DNA from: a bacterium
Lineage (GTDB): Bacteria; Zhuqueibacterota; Zhuqueibacteria; Residuimicrobiales; Krinioviventaceae
NCBI GenBank assembly: GCA_963693055.1
Contig: OY843751.1
Coordinates: forward strand, 640,001-704,000
Length of the DNA stretch: 64,000 nt
Direction: 5' to 3'
A program made the translations under genes and the position numbers. Of the stretch, positions 1 to 8,823 are shown piece after piece; positions within the stretch are counted from its first letter, which is position 1, and every line of letters starts with the position of its first letter. The notes under the pieces were generated by a model, which saw only the letters and a program-made list of their open reading frames with translations, was not told the origin of the DNA and searched no databases.

Positions 1-64
1 CATTTTTTTAATATAATAATCCTTAACGATAAAATAAACAAAGAGTTTTAATTAGATATTTCGC

Positions 65-93
65 TTGCAAAAACACAAGCGAACCTTTATATT
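65..93 (+). promoter_or_regulatory. Putative sigma70-type promoter of the ychF-carotenoid operon
   Basis: TTGCAA(65-70)-N17-TATATT(88-93), ending 38 nt before the ychF ATG; the same hexamer pair recurs at 25811-25783 on the minus strand. Confidence 0.55.
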
Positions 94-131
94 TAGCCAT
101 AACAAAGTATTGATTTAATACAGGAATATTT

Positions 132-1220
132 ATGAAGATTGGAATTGTAGGTTTGCCGTTGTCCGGTAAAACGGCCTTGTTTAATGCCCTGACAGGTTCT
201 ACGATAGATACCGGCTTTTCAGGTGGCAAAAGTGAAGCACACCAGGCTATTGTACAGGTGCCGGATGAACGCATTGAAAAATTGAATGAAATATTTGAAC
301 CCAAGAAAAAGACCCCGGCAATTATTGATTATATCGATTTGTCAGGCATGAGTGGATCTGAGCAAAAAAAGGGCGGATTCAGTGATAGCTTTTTGGGCCA
401 GCTTCGTACAGTAGATGCTATTCTTGTGGTACTACGTGCGTTTAAAGATGAAAATATACCTCATCCACAAAATTCAGTGAATCCGGTCAGAGATTATGGA
501 ATTGTTGAATCTGAATTTATGTTAAGTGATTTGTCGATCATAGAAAACCGTATGCAGCGGTTGCAAAGACAGCTCAAAGCCAAAAAGAACGATCAGGATG
601 TACGCGAACTGGCGCTGTTGGAAAAATGCCAACAGTATCTTGAAGAAGAAAAGCCCCTGCGATCTTTGGAAATGAGTACGGATGAAGAAATGATGGTCCG
701 CGGTTACCAGTTTTTGACCAAAAAACCCTTGATCGTTGTGGCCAATATTGGTGAAGATGATATCGCCGATGAAGAAAAAATCATCGGTCCGATCAAAACT
801 GTAATGGCAGATACTAAATCAACCATTATTGCTATTTCAGCGCAGATTGAAATGGAGATTCAGCAACTATCGGATGAAGAAGCCGAGAGTTTTCGAAATG
901 ATCTGGGTATTACCGATTCGGCAATGGAAAAGTTGATTCGCACTTCGTATGACTTGCTGGGTTTGATATCCTTTTTAACTGCCGGTACTGATGAAGTGAG
1001 AGCCTGGACGATCCGGGATGGAGAGTTGGCACCGCAGGCAGCGGGAGCGATTCATACGGATATTGAACGCGGTTTTATACGCGCGGAAATCGTCCATTAT
1101 GATGACTTTATAAAACATGGCACCATGGCAAAATGTAAAACCGAAGGTCTGGTGCGGCTGGAAGGTAAAGAGTATGTTGTTAAAGACGGGGATATTATTA
1201 ATTTCAGGTTTGCGGTATAA
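132..1220 (+). CDS. ychF: Redox-regulated ATPase YchF (Obg family)
   Basis: GIVGLPLSGKT P-loop, TAGxDEVRAWT, APQAAGAIHTDIERGFIRAE and C-terminal RLEGKEYVVKDGDIINFRFAV. Confidence 0.96.
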   Translation: MKIGIVGLPLSGKTALFNALTGSTIDTGFSGGKSEAHQAIVQVPDERIEKLNEIFEPKKKTPAIIDYIDLSGMSGSEQKKGGFSDSFLGQLRTVDAILVVLRAFKDENIPHPQNSVNPVRDYGIVESEFMLSDLSIIENRMQRLQRQLKAKKNDQDVRELALLEKCQQYLEEEKPLRSLEMSTDEEMMVRGYQFLTKKPLIVVANIGEDDIADEEKIIGPIKTVMADTKSTIIAISAQIEMEIQQLSDEEAESFRNDLGITDSAMEKLIRTSYDLLGLISFLTAGTDEVRAWTIRDGELAPQAAGAIHTDIERGFIRAEIVHYDDFIKHGTMAKCKTEGLVRLEGKEYVVKDGDIINFRFAV

Positions 1221-1767
1221 CAGGTGCCATTGGTGTTTTTCTATACTTGTAGTTATCTTAATTTTTTCAAATATATCATGGCCCGCTGATTCTAGCGGGT
1301 CTATGCTTGAACAGGGGCGGCAGCTTTTTTATAAAAGTGTGGATAAAGAATCTTATATCGATCAGGCTATTGCCGTATTTGAAAAGTTGCAGCAGGATCA
1401 GGATAAAGGTCTTGCTTTGACATATATCGGGGCCTTGACTGCACTACGCGGTAAACATGCATTCCTACCACAGAACAAGCTAAAATGGACAAACAAGGGG
1501 CTGGAGATTATGGATAAGGGCATTGAAGCCAGTCCTGAAAATATTGAAGCCTTGTTTATACACAGCTCTACCTGTTATTATCTGCCTTTTTTCTTTCATC
1601 GTGCAGACCAGGCACAGGAAAATTTTAATAAGATTTTGCAGTTGATGCCTGAGCATAAGCAGGATTATGATGCTGAAATGATTCAAAATGTTCTCAAGTT
1701 TATTCAAGAGAATGGAGAATTAGATAAAAAAGATCAAGAAATGATTAATGGGATGTTGGAGCAATGA
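1174..1767 (+). CDS. Exported TPR-like helical protein in the carotenoid operon (start uncertain)
   Basis: Hydrophobic N-terminal segment ending SWPA, followed by TPR-like helices (YIGALTALRGKHAFLP..KLKW..KGLEIMDKGIEASPENIE); stop overlaps the next start (ATGA at 1764-1767). Confidence 0.65.
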   Translation: MLLKTGILLISGLRYNRCHWCFSILVVILIFSNISWPADSSGSMLEQGRQLFYKSVDKESYIDQAIAVFEKLQQDQDKGLALTYIGALTALRGKHAFLPQNKLKWTNKGLEIMDKGIEASPENIEALFIHSSTCYYLPFFFHRADQAQENFNKILQLMPEHKQDYDAEMIQNVLKFIQENGELDKKDQEMINGMLEQ

Positions 1768-2450
1768 AGTTAGAGTATTTGCTATTTAACCTAATAGTCA
1801 TCACCGGTCCGATTGTTTTTAGTTTTGATAAAACGGTAGTCTATTATAAAAACTGGTTGCGTGCATTCTTGGCAACATTGCTGTCCTTCATTCCGTATAT
1901 TGTTTGGGATATTGGGGTGACGGGAAAACATTGGCATTTTAATCCTGAATTTACCACAAATTTGAGAATAATAGGCTTGCCGCCAGGTGAGTGGTTGTTT
2001 TTCATTACCGTACCATTTGCCTGTTTGTTTATTTGGGAGATTCTGAGCACAAAAAATAATGTTAAAGATTTTTTCAAAATACCGGTTAAAATCATTGCTC
2101 CTTTGCTAATTATTTTAATTATTGTATTATTTGCAGCAAAAAAAGAATATACTTTTTTAGTTCTTACCGCATTGTTAACCGTCGTGTTGCTTGATAAAAT
2201 CCTAAAGACAAATTTGCTCTTTCAGCAAAGAACCGTACGATTATTATTGATTGTTACCGGATTGATTCTGATATTTAATGGATACCTGACTGCTCGCCCG
2301 GTTGTATTATATAATGATGCTGTGAATCTGGGTGTGCGAATTTTTACAATACCGCTCGAAGATTTTTTTTATGGAATATCTCATGTTCTGTTAACGGTTA
2401 TTTTCTATGAAAGGTTGGAGAGGTTTTCATGGAAAAAACAGTTTCTGTGA
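1764..2450 (+). CDS. crtY: Lycopene cyclase domain protein (fused CrtYc/Yd type)
   Basis: Two membrane repeats with GLPPGEWLFF and TIPLEDFFYG motifs plus FNGYLTARPVVLYN; lies in the crt cluster. Confidence 0.85.
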   Translation: MKLEYLLFNLIVITGPIVFSFDKTVVYYKNWLRAFLATLLSFIPYIVWDIGVTGKHWHFNPEFTTNLRIIGLPPGEWLFFITVPFACLFIWEILSTKNNVKDFFKIPVKIIAPLLIILIIVLFAAKKEYTFLVLTALLTVVLLDKILKTNLLFQQRTVRLLLIVTGLILIFNGYLTARPVVLYNDAVNLGVRIFTIPLEDFFYGISHVLLTVIFYERLERFSWKKQFL

Positions 2451-3925
2451 TTGGTGGTGGATTAGGTGGTTTGGCCGGTGCCATTCGATTAGCAAAAAGC
2501 GGATTCAACGTCCAATTGTATGAGAAAAATCGGTCTCTTGGTGGCAAGATGAATGAAATCAAAGCGAACGGGTATCGCTTTGATACGGGTCCTACCCTTG
2601 TAACAATGCCTTTTGTATTAAAAGAGTTGTTTGAATTTTCCGGATTTAGTTTTGAAGAATATATAAACCTGGTAATGGTTGATCCGATTTGCCGTTATTT
2701 TTTTCCGGATGGAACTGTCTTTGATGCAAGTTCCGATATGAATAAAATGCTAGCTGCCATTGAATCCATTTCACCAGTGGATGTAGAAAATTATAAACGC
2801 TTTTATGATTATTCTCAACGCATTTATGATATAACTGCCGATCTTTTCATGTTTTCGGCTTTGCATGAACCGGAAATACTTTTGAACCGGCGAACCCTTC
2901 TTAAACTCTTAAAAGTTAATCAAATCGATCCCTTTCGTACTGTAGATAAAGCAGTGCGTTCTTTTTTCAAAGATGAACGTCTTGTGCAGATTTTTAATCG
3001 ATACAGCACCTACAATGGTTCTGATCCTTTTCAGGCGCCTGCAACGTTAAATATAATACCCTTTGTTGAATATGGATTGGGAGGATATTATATAAAAGGA
3101 GGCTTGTATAGACTTGTTGAAACTCTTGAGCATATTGCATTACAGTTGGGAGTAAGAATTTATAAAGAAACGTCAGTGGAAAGGATTTTGCATAAAAATA
3201 ATCAAATTTCCGGGATCAAAGTTGATGGTGAAACAGTAGCAAGTGATTATGTGGTTTGTAATGCAGATATTGTATATACATTTAATCACTTGATTGCAGA
3301 AAAGCCGGAAATTACCCGTAAAATGAACCGATTTGAGCCTTCTTTGTCAGGTTTGGTGTTTTTATGGGGAATGAAAAATGATGTATTGATGTTGAAACAT
3401 CATAATATATTTTTTTCAGAGTCATATCGAAATGAATTTATAGATATTTTTGATCGAAAAACTGCGCCCGATGATCCTACAGTATATATTTCAATTAGCA
3501 GCAAGCAGGATGTCGACCATGCTCCACCAGGTAAAATGAATGCTTTTATATTGATCAATATGCCCTACCTGAATAGTAATCTGGATTGGATGCATATTGA
3601 AAAAGAAATGAGAAATAAAATATACAAAAAATTTCAAATGCTGGATATGGATGTGCAAGGTCAAATAGAATTTGATAAAGTCATAACTCCACAAATGTTT
3701 TGTGACATGTATCATAGTAATCGTGGCAGTATTTATGGCATTTCTTCAAATAACAAAAGTATGGCTTTTAAACGACCGGCAAACAGAAATCGGCAAATCG
3801 ACGGACTGTATTTCTGTGGAGGATCAGTCCATCCCGGTGGTGGGGTTCCGTTGGCTTTATTATCCGGGAAATTGGTGTCAGAATTAATTGTAAAAAGGTC
3901 GGGAAAAGAAAAGAGAAAAACATGA
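2429..3925 (+). CDS. crtD: Phytoene-desaturase family protein, probably 1-hydroxycarotenoid 3,4-desaturase
   Basis: GGGLGGL FAD motif, FDTGPT, FNRYSTYNGSDP, GSIYGISSN and GGSVHPGGGVPLALLSG; second CrtI-family paralog next to cruF. Confidence 0.7.
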   Translation: MEKTVSVIGGGLGGLAGAIRLAKSGFNVQLYEKNRSLGGKMNEIKANGYRFDTGPTLVTMPFVLKELFEFSGFSFEEYINLVMVDPICRYFFPDGTVFDASSDMNKMLAAIESISPVDVENYKRFYDYSQRIYDITADLFMFSALHEPEILLNRRTLLKLLKVNQIDPFRTVDKAVRSFFKDERLVQIFNRYSTYNGSDPFQAPATLNIIPFVEYGLGGYYIKGGLYRLVETLEHIALQLGVRIYKETSVERILHKNNQISGIKVDGETVASDYVVCNADIVYTFNHLIAEKPEITRKMNRFEPSLSGLVFLWGMKNDVLMLKHHNIFFSESYRNEFIDIFDRKTAPDDPTVYISISSKQDVDHAPPGKMNAFILINMPYLNSNLDWMHIEKEMRNKIYKKFQMLDMDVQGQIEFDKVITPQMFCDMYHSNRGSIYGISSNNKSMAFKRPANRNRQIDGLYFCGGSVHPGGGVPLALLSGKLVSELIVKRSGKEKRKT

Positions 3926-5442
3926 AAAAAATAGCAATAATTGGATCTGGGTTTGGAGGATTGTCTGCTGCAATACGGTTGCAGGCAAAAGAAGATATTC
4001 AGGTAACACTCTTTGAAAAGAATAATAAAGTCGGTGGCCACGCATATCCATTGGAACAAAATGGTTACAAATTTGATATGGGGCCATCACTCATAACAGC
4101 TCCGGATATCATTGATGATATCTTTCAAGCAGCAGGAAAACGATTGGCAGATTATCTGGATTTGATCAAACTTGATCCGTTTTATCGTATCTATTTTCAT
4201 GATAAAAGCTATATCGACTATGTTGATGATGCTGAAAAGATGAAAGAACAAATGATAAAGTTTAATCGTCAAGATGCTGCAAACTATGATGAATTTATTC
4301 AAGCATCAAAAGGCATTCATGATGTCGTTATAGGCCAGGGATTAGGCTCAGTTCCTTTTATGGATTGGGGCTCTATGTTAAAATTTTTACCTAAAGCGCT
4401 GAAATTAAATGCATTACTGCCCACATTTAACTTTGCCAAAAAGTATTTTAAAGATTTTCGTCACCGGTTTGTGTTTTCTTTTCATCCACTTTTTATTGGG
4501 GGCAACCCATTCCGAGCTCCTTCTGTTTATCAGATGATCCCTTATTTGGAAAAGGAGGGAGGAGTCTGGTTCACCCAAGGAGGAATGTATTCACTGGTGC
4601 AGGCTTTTGAAACTGTATTTAAAGAATTGGGCGGAGAGGTCAAAACCGGATTACCGGTAACTAAAATCCAGGTTAAAGATGGCCAAACCACCGGTGTGCA
4701 AACGCAAGATGGTTTCTTTAAAGCGGATGCAGTGATCTCAAATGCGGATTTTATTCATACATATAAAAACCTGATTGGTTCAGAATATCGAAAAAAATGG
4801 ACTGATAAAAAACTACTTAATCTTGATTATTCCATGAGTGCATTTTTGCTTTATCTGGGTGTACGCAAACAATACCCTGAATTAAAACATCATACACTGA
4901 TTTTATCTGAGCGATACAAGCCATTGATTACGGATATATTTGACAAAAAGATATTACCTGATGATTTTTCAATGTATCTACACGTACCTACGAAAACGGA
5001 TCCCCAAATGGCACCCGCAGGATGTGAAAGTATGTATGTTCTGGTTCCGGTAACCAATCTGCAAGGAAACGTTGATTGGAATGCACAGGGAGAATTGTTT
5101 AAAAATAAAGTATTGGCATTTCTGGAAAATGATTTCGGTTTAACCGGATTGCGTGAAAATTTAGAGGTTTGCAGTATGTTCACCCCGGCTGATTTTCTGG
5201 AAACGCGTAATAATTTCTGGGGTAGCGCCTGGGGTGTAGAGCCCCGGTTGTCGCAAACGGCTATATTCAGACCGCATAATCGCTGTAGTGATATTAAGGG
5301 ACTTTATCTTGTGGGGGCAAGTACGCATCCGGGAGCAGGTTTGCCCGGTGTGATGCTGACAGCAAAAACAACCGAAAGAATTATTCTTGATGATTTTGAA
5401 CGAGGCTATTTGCAAGCTGCAAGAGAGGTGAAATATGGATAA
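3922..5442 (+). CDS. crtI: Phytoene desaturase
   Basis: GSGFGGLSAAIRLQA, FDMGPSLIT, FSFHPLFIGGNPF and LYLVGASTHPGAGLPGV. Confidence 0.92.
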   Translation: MKKIAIIGSGFGGLSAAIRLQAKEDIQVTLFEKNNKVGGHAYPLEQNGYKFDMGPSLITAPDIIDDIFQAAGKRLADYLDLIKLDPFYRIYFHDKSYIDYVDDAEKMKEQMIKFNRQDAANYDEFIQASKGIHDVVIGQGLGSVPFMDWGSMLKFLPKALKLNALLPTFNFAKKYFKDFRHRFVFSFHPLFIGGNPFRAPSVYQMIPYLEKEGGVWFTQGGMYSLVQAFETVFKELGGEVKTGLPVTKIQVKDGQTTGVQTQDGFFKADAVISNADFIHTYKNLIGSEYRKKWTDKKLLNLDYSMSAFLLYLGVRKQYPELKHHTLILSERYKPLITDIFDKKILPDDFSMYLHVPTKTDPQMAPAGCESMYVLVPVTNLQGNVDWNAQGELFKNKVLAFLENDFGLTGLRENLEVCSMFTPADFLETRNNFWGSAWGVEPRLSQTAIFRPHNRCSDIKGLYLVGASTHPGAGLPGVMLTAKTTERIILDDFERGYLQAAREVKYG

Positions 5443-6358
5443 AAATACTATCAAACAGCATTATTCTTCTTTTATGTATGCTAAACATTTAACTGCCGAG
5501 TATTCAAAGAGTTTTTATATTTCTACAAGATTATTACCGAAACGTAAACAATGGCCGGTTTTTTCTTTGTATGGCTTTTGCCGACATGCTGATAATTTGA
5601 TTGATAATCCCCGTGATCGTGCTCCTGATGAAGTACTAAAAGAAATAAAGAATTTGAACAAAGAGTTAAGAATTGCCTATCGGACAGGAGAATCTGAACA
5701 TCCTGTACTTTCTTCATTTATTATTGTTGCGAAATATTTCAAGATTGATAGAAAATATCCCAAAGAATTGATTCGAGGGGTTATAATGGACTTGAATAAA
5801 TGCCGTTATGATACCTTTGACGATCTGTATTTATTCTGCTATCGTGTGGCTGGTGTTGTTGGCCTCATGATGACAACAATTTTGGGATACAAGGACAAAG
5901 ATGCAATGATCTATGCAGAAAAACTGGGAATTGCCATGCAATTGACCAATATTTTACGTGATATTCAAGAAGACAAAGATATGGGGCGAATTTATTTACC
6001 AAAATCTGAGATGTCTGATTTTGGTATAACTGAACAGGATGTTCTTAATGAACACATGTCTCCCCAAATGCATGATTTTATAAAATTTCAAGTTGAACGC
6101 GCTCACCGGTATTATGATGAAGCACAACCCGGTATTCAGATGCTTGAACCGGATACAAGGTTTGCAATTCAATCTGCCAGTCTTATCTATCGCGGGATTT
6201 TGAGAAAAATAGAAGAGCGTGATTATAATCCGTTTTTGGGAAGAGTATATGTTCCCCAAACCCGGAAACTGAATATATTACTACGAGAAGTTATTCGATC
6301 CAAAATACAAATGGCCAATGAAAAATTGCGTCTTGCAACCATGACGACGGATTTTTAA
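5435..6358 (+). CDS. crtB: Phytoene synthase
   Basis: SKSFY, YGFCRHADNLID, CYRVAGVVG and LGIAMQLTNILRDIQED..GRIYLP. Confidence 0.93.
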   Translation: MDKNTIKQHYSSFMYAKHLTAEYSKSFYISTRLLPKRKQWPVFSLYGFCRHADNLIDNPRDRAPDEVLKEIKNLNKELRIAYRTGESEHPVLSSFIIVAKYFKIDRKYPKELIRGVIMDLNKCRYDTFDDLYLFCYRVAGVVGLMMTTILGYKDKDAMIYAEKLGIAMQLTNILRDIQEDKDMGRIYLPKSEMSDFGITEQDVLNEHMSPQMHDFIKFQVERAHRYYDEAQPGIQMLEPDTRFAIQSASLIYRGILRKIEERDYNPFLGRVYVPQTRKLNILLREVIRSKIQMANEKLRLATMTTDF

Positions 6359-7080
6359 TGATTAAAGCAAAGCATTCAAAATTTGCACATGGTATTTTTA
6401 ATATCTATTTACATATGCTTTTCAGGTCCCATTTTCATTCATTTCATCTTTTAGGAAACGAGGGAGTTGAGTTTAATCAATATCCGGTTTTACTGATTGG
6501 TAATCACAGCAGTTGGTGGGATGGATTTTTGGTTTATTATTTAAACCGAATATCATTTCATAAACAATTGTATTTGATGATGCTTGAAAAAGAACTATTA
6601 AAAAATTCTTTTTTTTCGGGTGTTGGTGCATTTTCAATCGATCAAAATTCTATATCAGCTATTAAAGAATCATTGCTGTATTCATCTGAAAAATTGAATG
6701 CTGATGAGAACAATCTAGTATGTATCTTTCCGCAGGGGGAATTGCTACCCTGGCATACACGGCCCCTTGGTTTTGACAGAGGTGTTGAATTGGTTTTGAA
6801 AAGGATCAAAACTCCGATCAATATTTGTCTGTTGGGTATGCGCATTGAAGATATGGGTGAGCAGCGTCCATTTGTTTTTTTTCAATTCGAAAATAAAGTA
6901 TATGAAAAGCCTGAAACATTAAAAATTATTGAACTGGAAACCGAATTAACAAATCTTCTCGACAATATGCAAAACCGGATAGTAGAAAAAGAATTGGGAA
7001 AACAGATATTTTCCGGAAAGCAATCCATTAACCGAATGATGGAAGCTTTATTAAATCGTGAACATCGGAGGCAGTCTTGA
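6358..7080 (+). CDS. PlsC-family acyltransferase, probable carotenoid-glycoside acyltransferase (CruD-like)
   Basis: NHSSWWDG (HX4D) and IFPQGE motifs; lies between crtB and the GT2 gene. Confidence 0.8.
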   Translation: MIKAKHSKFAHGIFNIYLHMLFRSHFHSFHLLGNEGVEFNQYPVLLIGNHSSWWDGFLVYYLNRISFHKQLYLMMLEKELLKNSFFSGVGAFSIDQNSISAIKESLLYSSEKLNADENNLVCIFPQGELLPWHTRPLGFDRGVELVLKRIKTPINICLLGMRIEDMGEQRPFVFFQFENKVYEKPETLKIIELETELTNLLDNMQNRIVEKELGKQIFSGKQSINRMMEALLNREHRRQS

Positions 7081-8183
7081 TATACTTGTCGATTTTGGTC
7101 CATGTGTTTTTATTTATAATCTTTTTGGTTTCTCTGTTTAACGTGATTACCGCACCCATGTTGTCTCATTGTCCTGAATCCAAAGACTATCCCAGGGTAT
7201 CTGTGCTTGTTCCTGTTCGAAATGAACAGGATACAATTGGAAAGTGTTTGCAGGGCCTGCTTGAGCAGGATTATCCCGATTATGAGATTATTGTGCTTGA
7301 TGATAATTCAACAGACCGGTCGCGAGAGATTATTGTTGATATGCAAAAAACCTCGTCCATTCGGTTGGTTGATGGTGAACCTATTACACCCGGTTGGACC
7401 GGGAAAAATTATGCCTGCCATCAACTTTTAAAAGCTGCCACGGGAGAAATTTTTATCTTTACCGATGCAGATAATTTTCATAGACCCAACGCTTTAAAGG
7501 CAACAGTTGCCTGGATGCAAAAATATGATCTGGGATTGCTTTCTGCTTTTCCGCAGCAAGTTACCACCTCCCTTGCTGAAAAACTTGTAATCCCGGTTGT
7601 GGATATGTGGGTTTACAGTATGCTTCCTTTGTGGTTGACACGTTTTAGTAAACGGCCTTCGCTTGCTGCTGCAAATGGACAATGGTTGGCATTTACTCGT
7701 GAAGCATATGAAATAACAGGCGGGCATGCTGCTGTAAAAAAAGAAATAGTTGAAGACACTCATTTGGCACGAATAGCGAAACAAAAAGGGGTACACATTC
7801 TTACACTAGCCGGACGGGATGTTGTTTATGGCAAAATGTATAATAACTGGAGCCAGGTGTATAACGGATATTCAAAAAATCTTTTTGGAATTGCTGGTTA
7901 TAATGCTATAGGATTTTCACTTTTTTTATTTCTCATGTTGATGTCTTTTGTGCTACCGTTTGTGCTTGTATGGGGTTGGCCCTTTTTGTGGTTGTACCCG
8001 ATACTGATCAATTTTGGAATCCGTACAATGATCGCTCTAAAATATAAACATCCTGTTATGGAATCAGTTATTTTTCATCCGGTTGGAATATTTTTATTTA
8101 TTGTTATAGGGATCAGGTCTATGGTTCGATACTATAAAGGTGGAGTCGAATGGAAAGGACGAAATATTGTTTTTGAAAAATGA
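7077..8183 (+). CDS. GT2 glycosyltransferase, probable hydroxycarotenoid glucosyltransferase (CruC-like)
   Basis: VSVLVPVRNE, LDDNSTD, GWTGKNYAC, FTDAD, ANGQ, IVED, C-terminal TM helices and WKGR. Confidence 0.85.
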   Translation: MIYLSILVHVFLFIIFLVSLFNVITAPMLSHCPESKDYPRVSVLVPVRNEQDTIGKCLQGLLEQDYPDYEIIVLDDNSTDRSREIIVDMQKTSSIRLVDGEPITPGWTGKNYACHQLLKAATGEIFIFTDADNFHRPNALKATVAWMQKYDLGLLSAFPQQVTTSLAEKLVIPVVDMWVYSMLPLWLTRFSKRPSLAAANGQWLAFTREAYEITGGHAAVKKEIVEDTHLARIAKQKGVHILTLAGRDVVYGKMYNNWSQVYNGYSKNLFGIAGYNAIGFSLFLFLMLMSFVLPFVLVWGWPFLWLYPILINFGIRTMIALKYKHPVMESVIFHPVGIFLFIVIGIRSMVRYYKGGVEWKGRNIVFEK

Positions 8184-8817
8184 ACGAATTCAAATTTTTT
8201 TATTGTACCTGGTATTTATAGCAGGTGGCCTCTGGCATCTTTTGTGTATGTTTCAACTGATAATGAAATGGATGGCAGCTCCTTTATTGATATTCGTTTC
8301 TCTTTTAATATTCATTGGGATTTACAAACAGAATCCTGAAATACAAAATAAATACACTATATGGTGGATACTGGTTTTTATTTTTTCAATTATTGTTGAA
8401 GCTATTGGAGTAAAAACCGGAATGATATTCGGGCAGTATCAATATGGTGATGTTTTATATCCCAAAATATTGGGAGTACCTCTGGCTATTGGTTTTGCAT
8501 GGACATTGATTTTACTTTCATCACTTGCGGTTGTTAGATCAATAAAGATTAATCGTTCACTTTTGCTGTTGTTTGTTGTACCCTTGTTTATGGTTTTGTT
8601 TGATTTCTTGATGGAGCCAGCTGCTACGGTTTTGGACTATTGGGCCTGGAGGGGGAATACAATTCCTGTATTGAATTACATTGCCTGGTATTTTATCAGT
8701 CTGGTGTTTGTTTGTGGGGGGACGTTTTTCGGATTGTTTCGATTAAAACTACCTGCATTTGTTAAGCATGTATATTGGAGTCAATTTATATACTTTATAA
8801 TTGTTCGGTTGGGATAA
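8140..8817 (+). CDS. cruF: Carotenoid 1,2-hydratase family (CruF/DUF422); start may be TTG at 8173
   Basis: EAIGVKTGMIFGQYQYG, GVPLAIGFAW, FDFLMEPAA..LDYWAW and PVLNYIAW. Confidence 0.85.
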   Translation: MESNGKDEILFLKNERIQIFLLYLVFIAGGLWHLLCMFQLIMKWMAAPLLIFVSLLIFIGIYKQNPEIQNKYTIWWILVFIFSIIVEAIGVKTGMIFGQYQYGDVLYPKILGVPLAIGFAWTLILLSSLAVVRSIKINRSLLLLFVVPLFMVLFDFLMEPAATVLDYWAWRGNTIPVLNYIAWYFISLVFVCGGTFFGLFRLKLPAFVKHVYWSQFIYFIIVRLG

Positions 8818-8823
8818 TAATTG

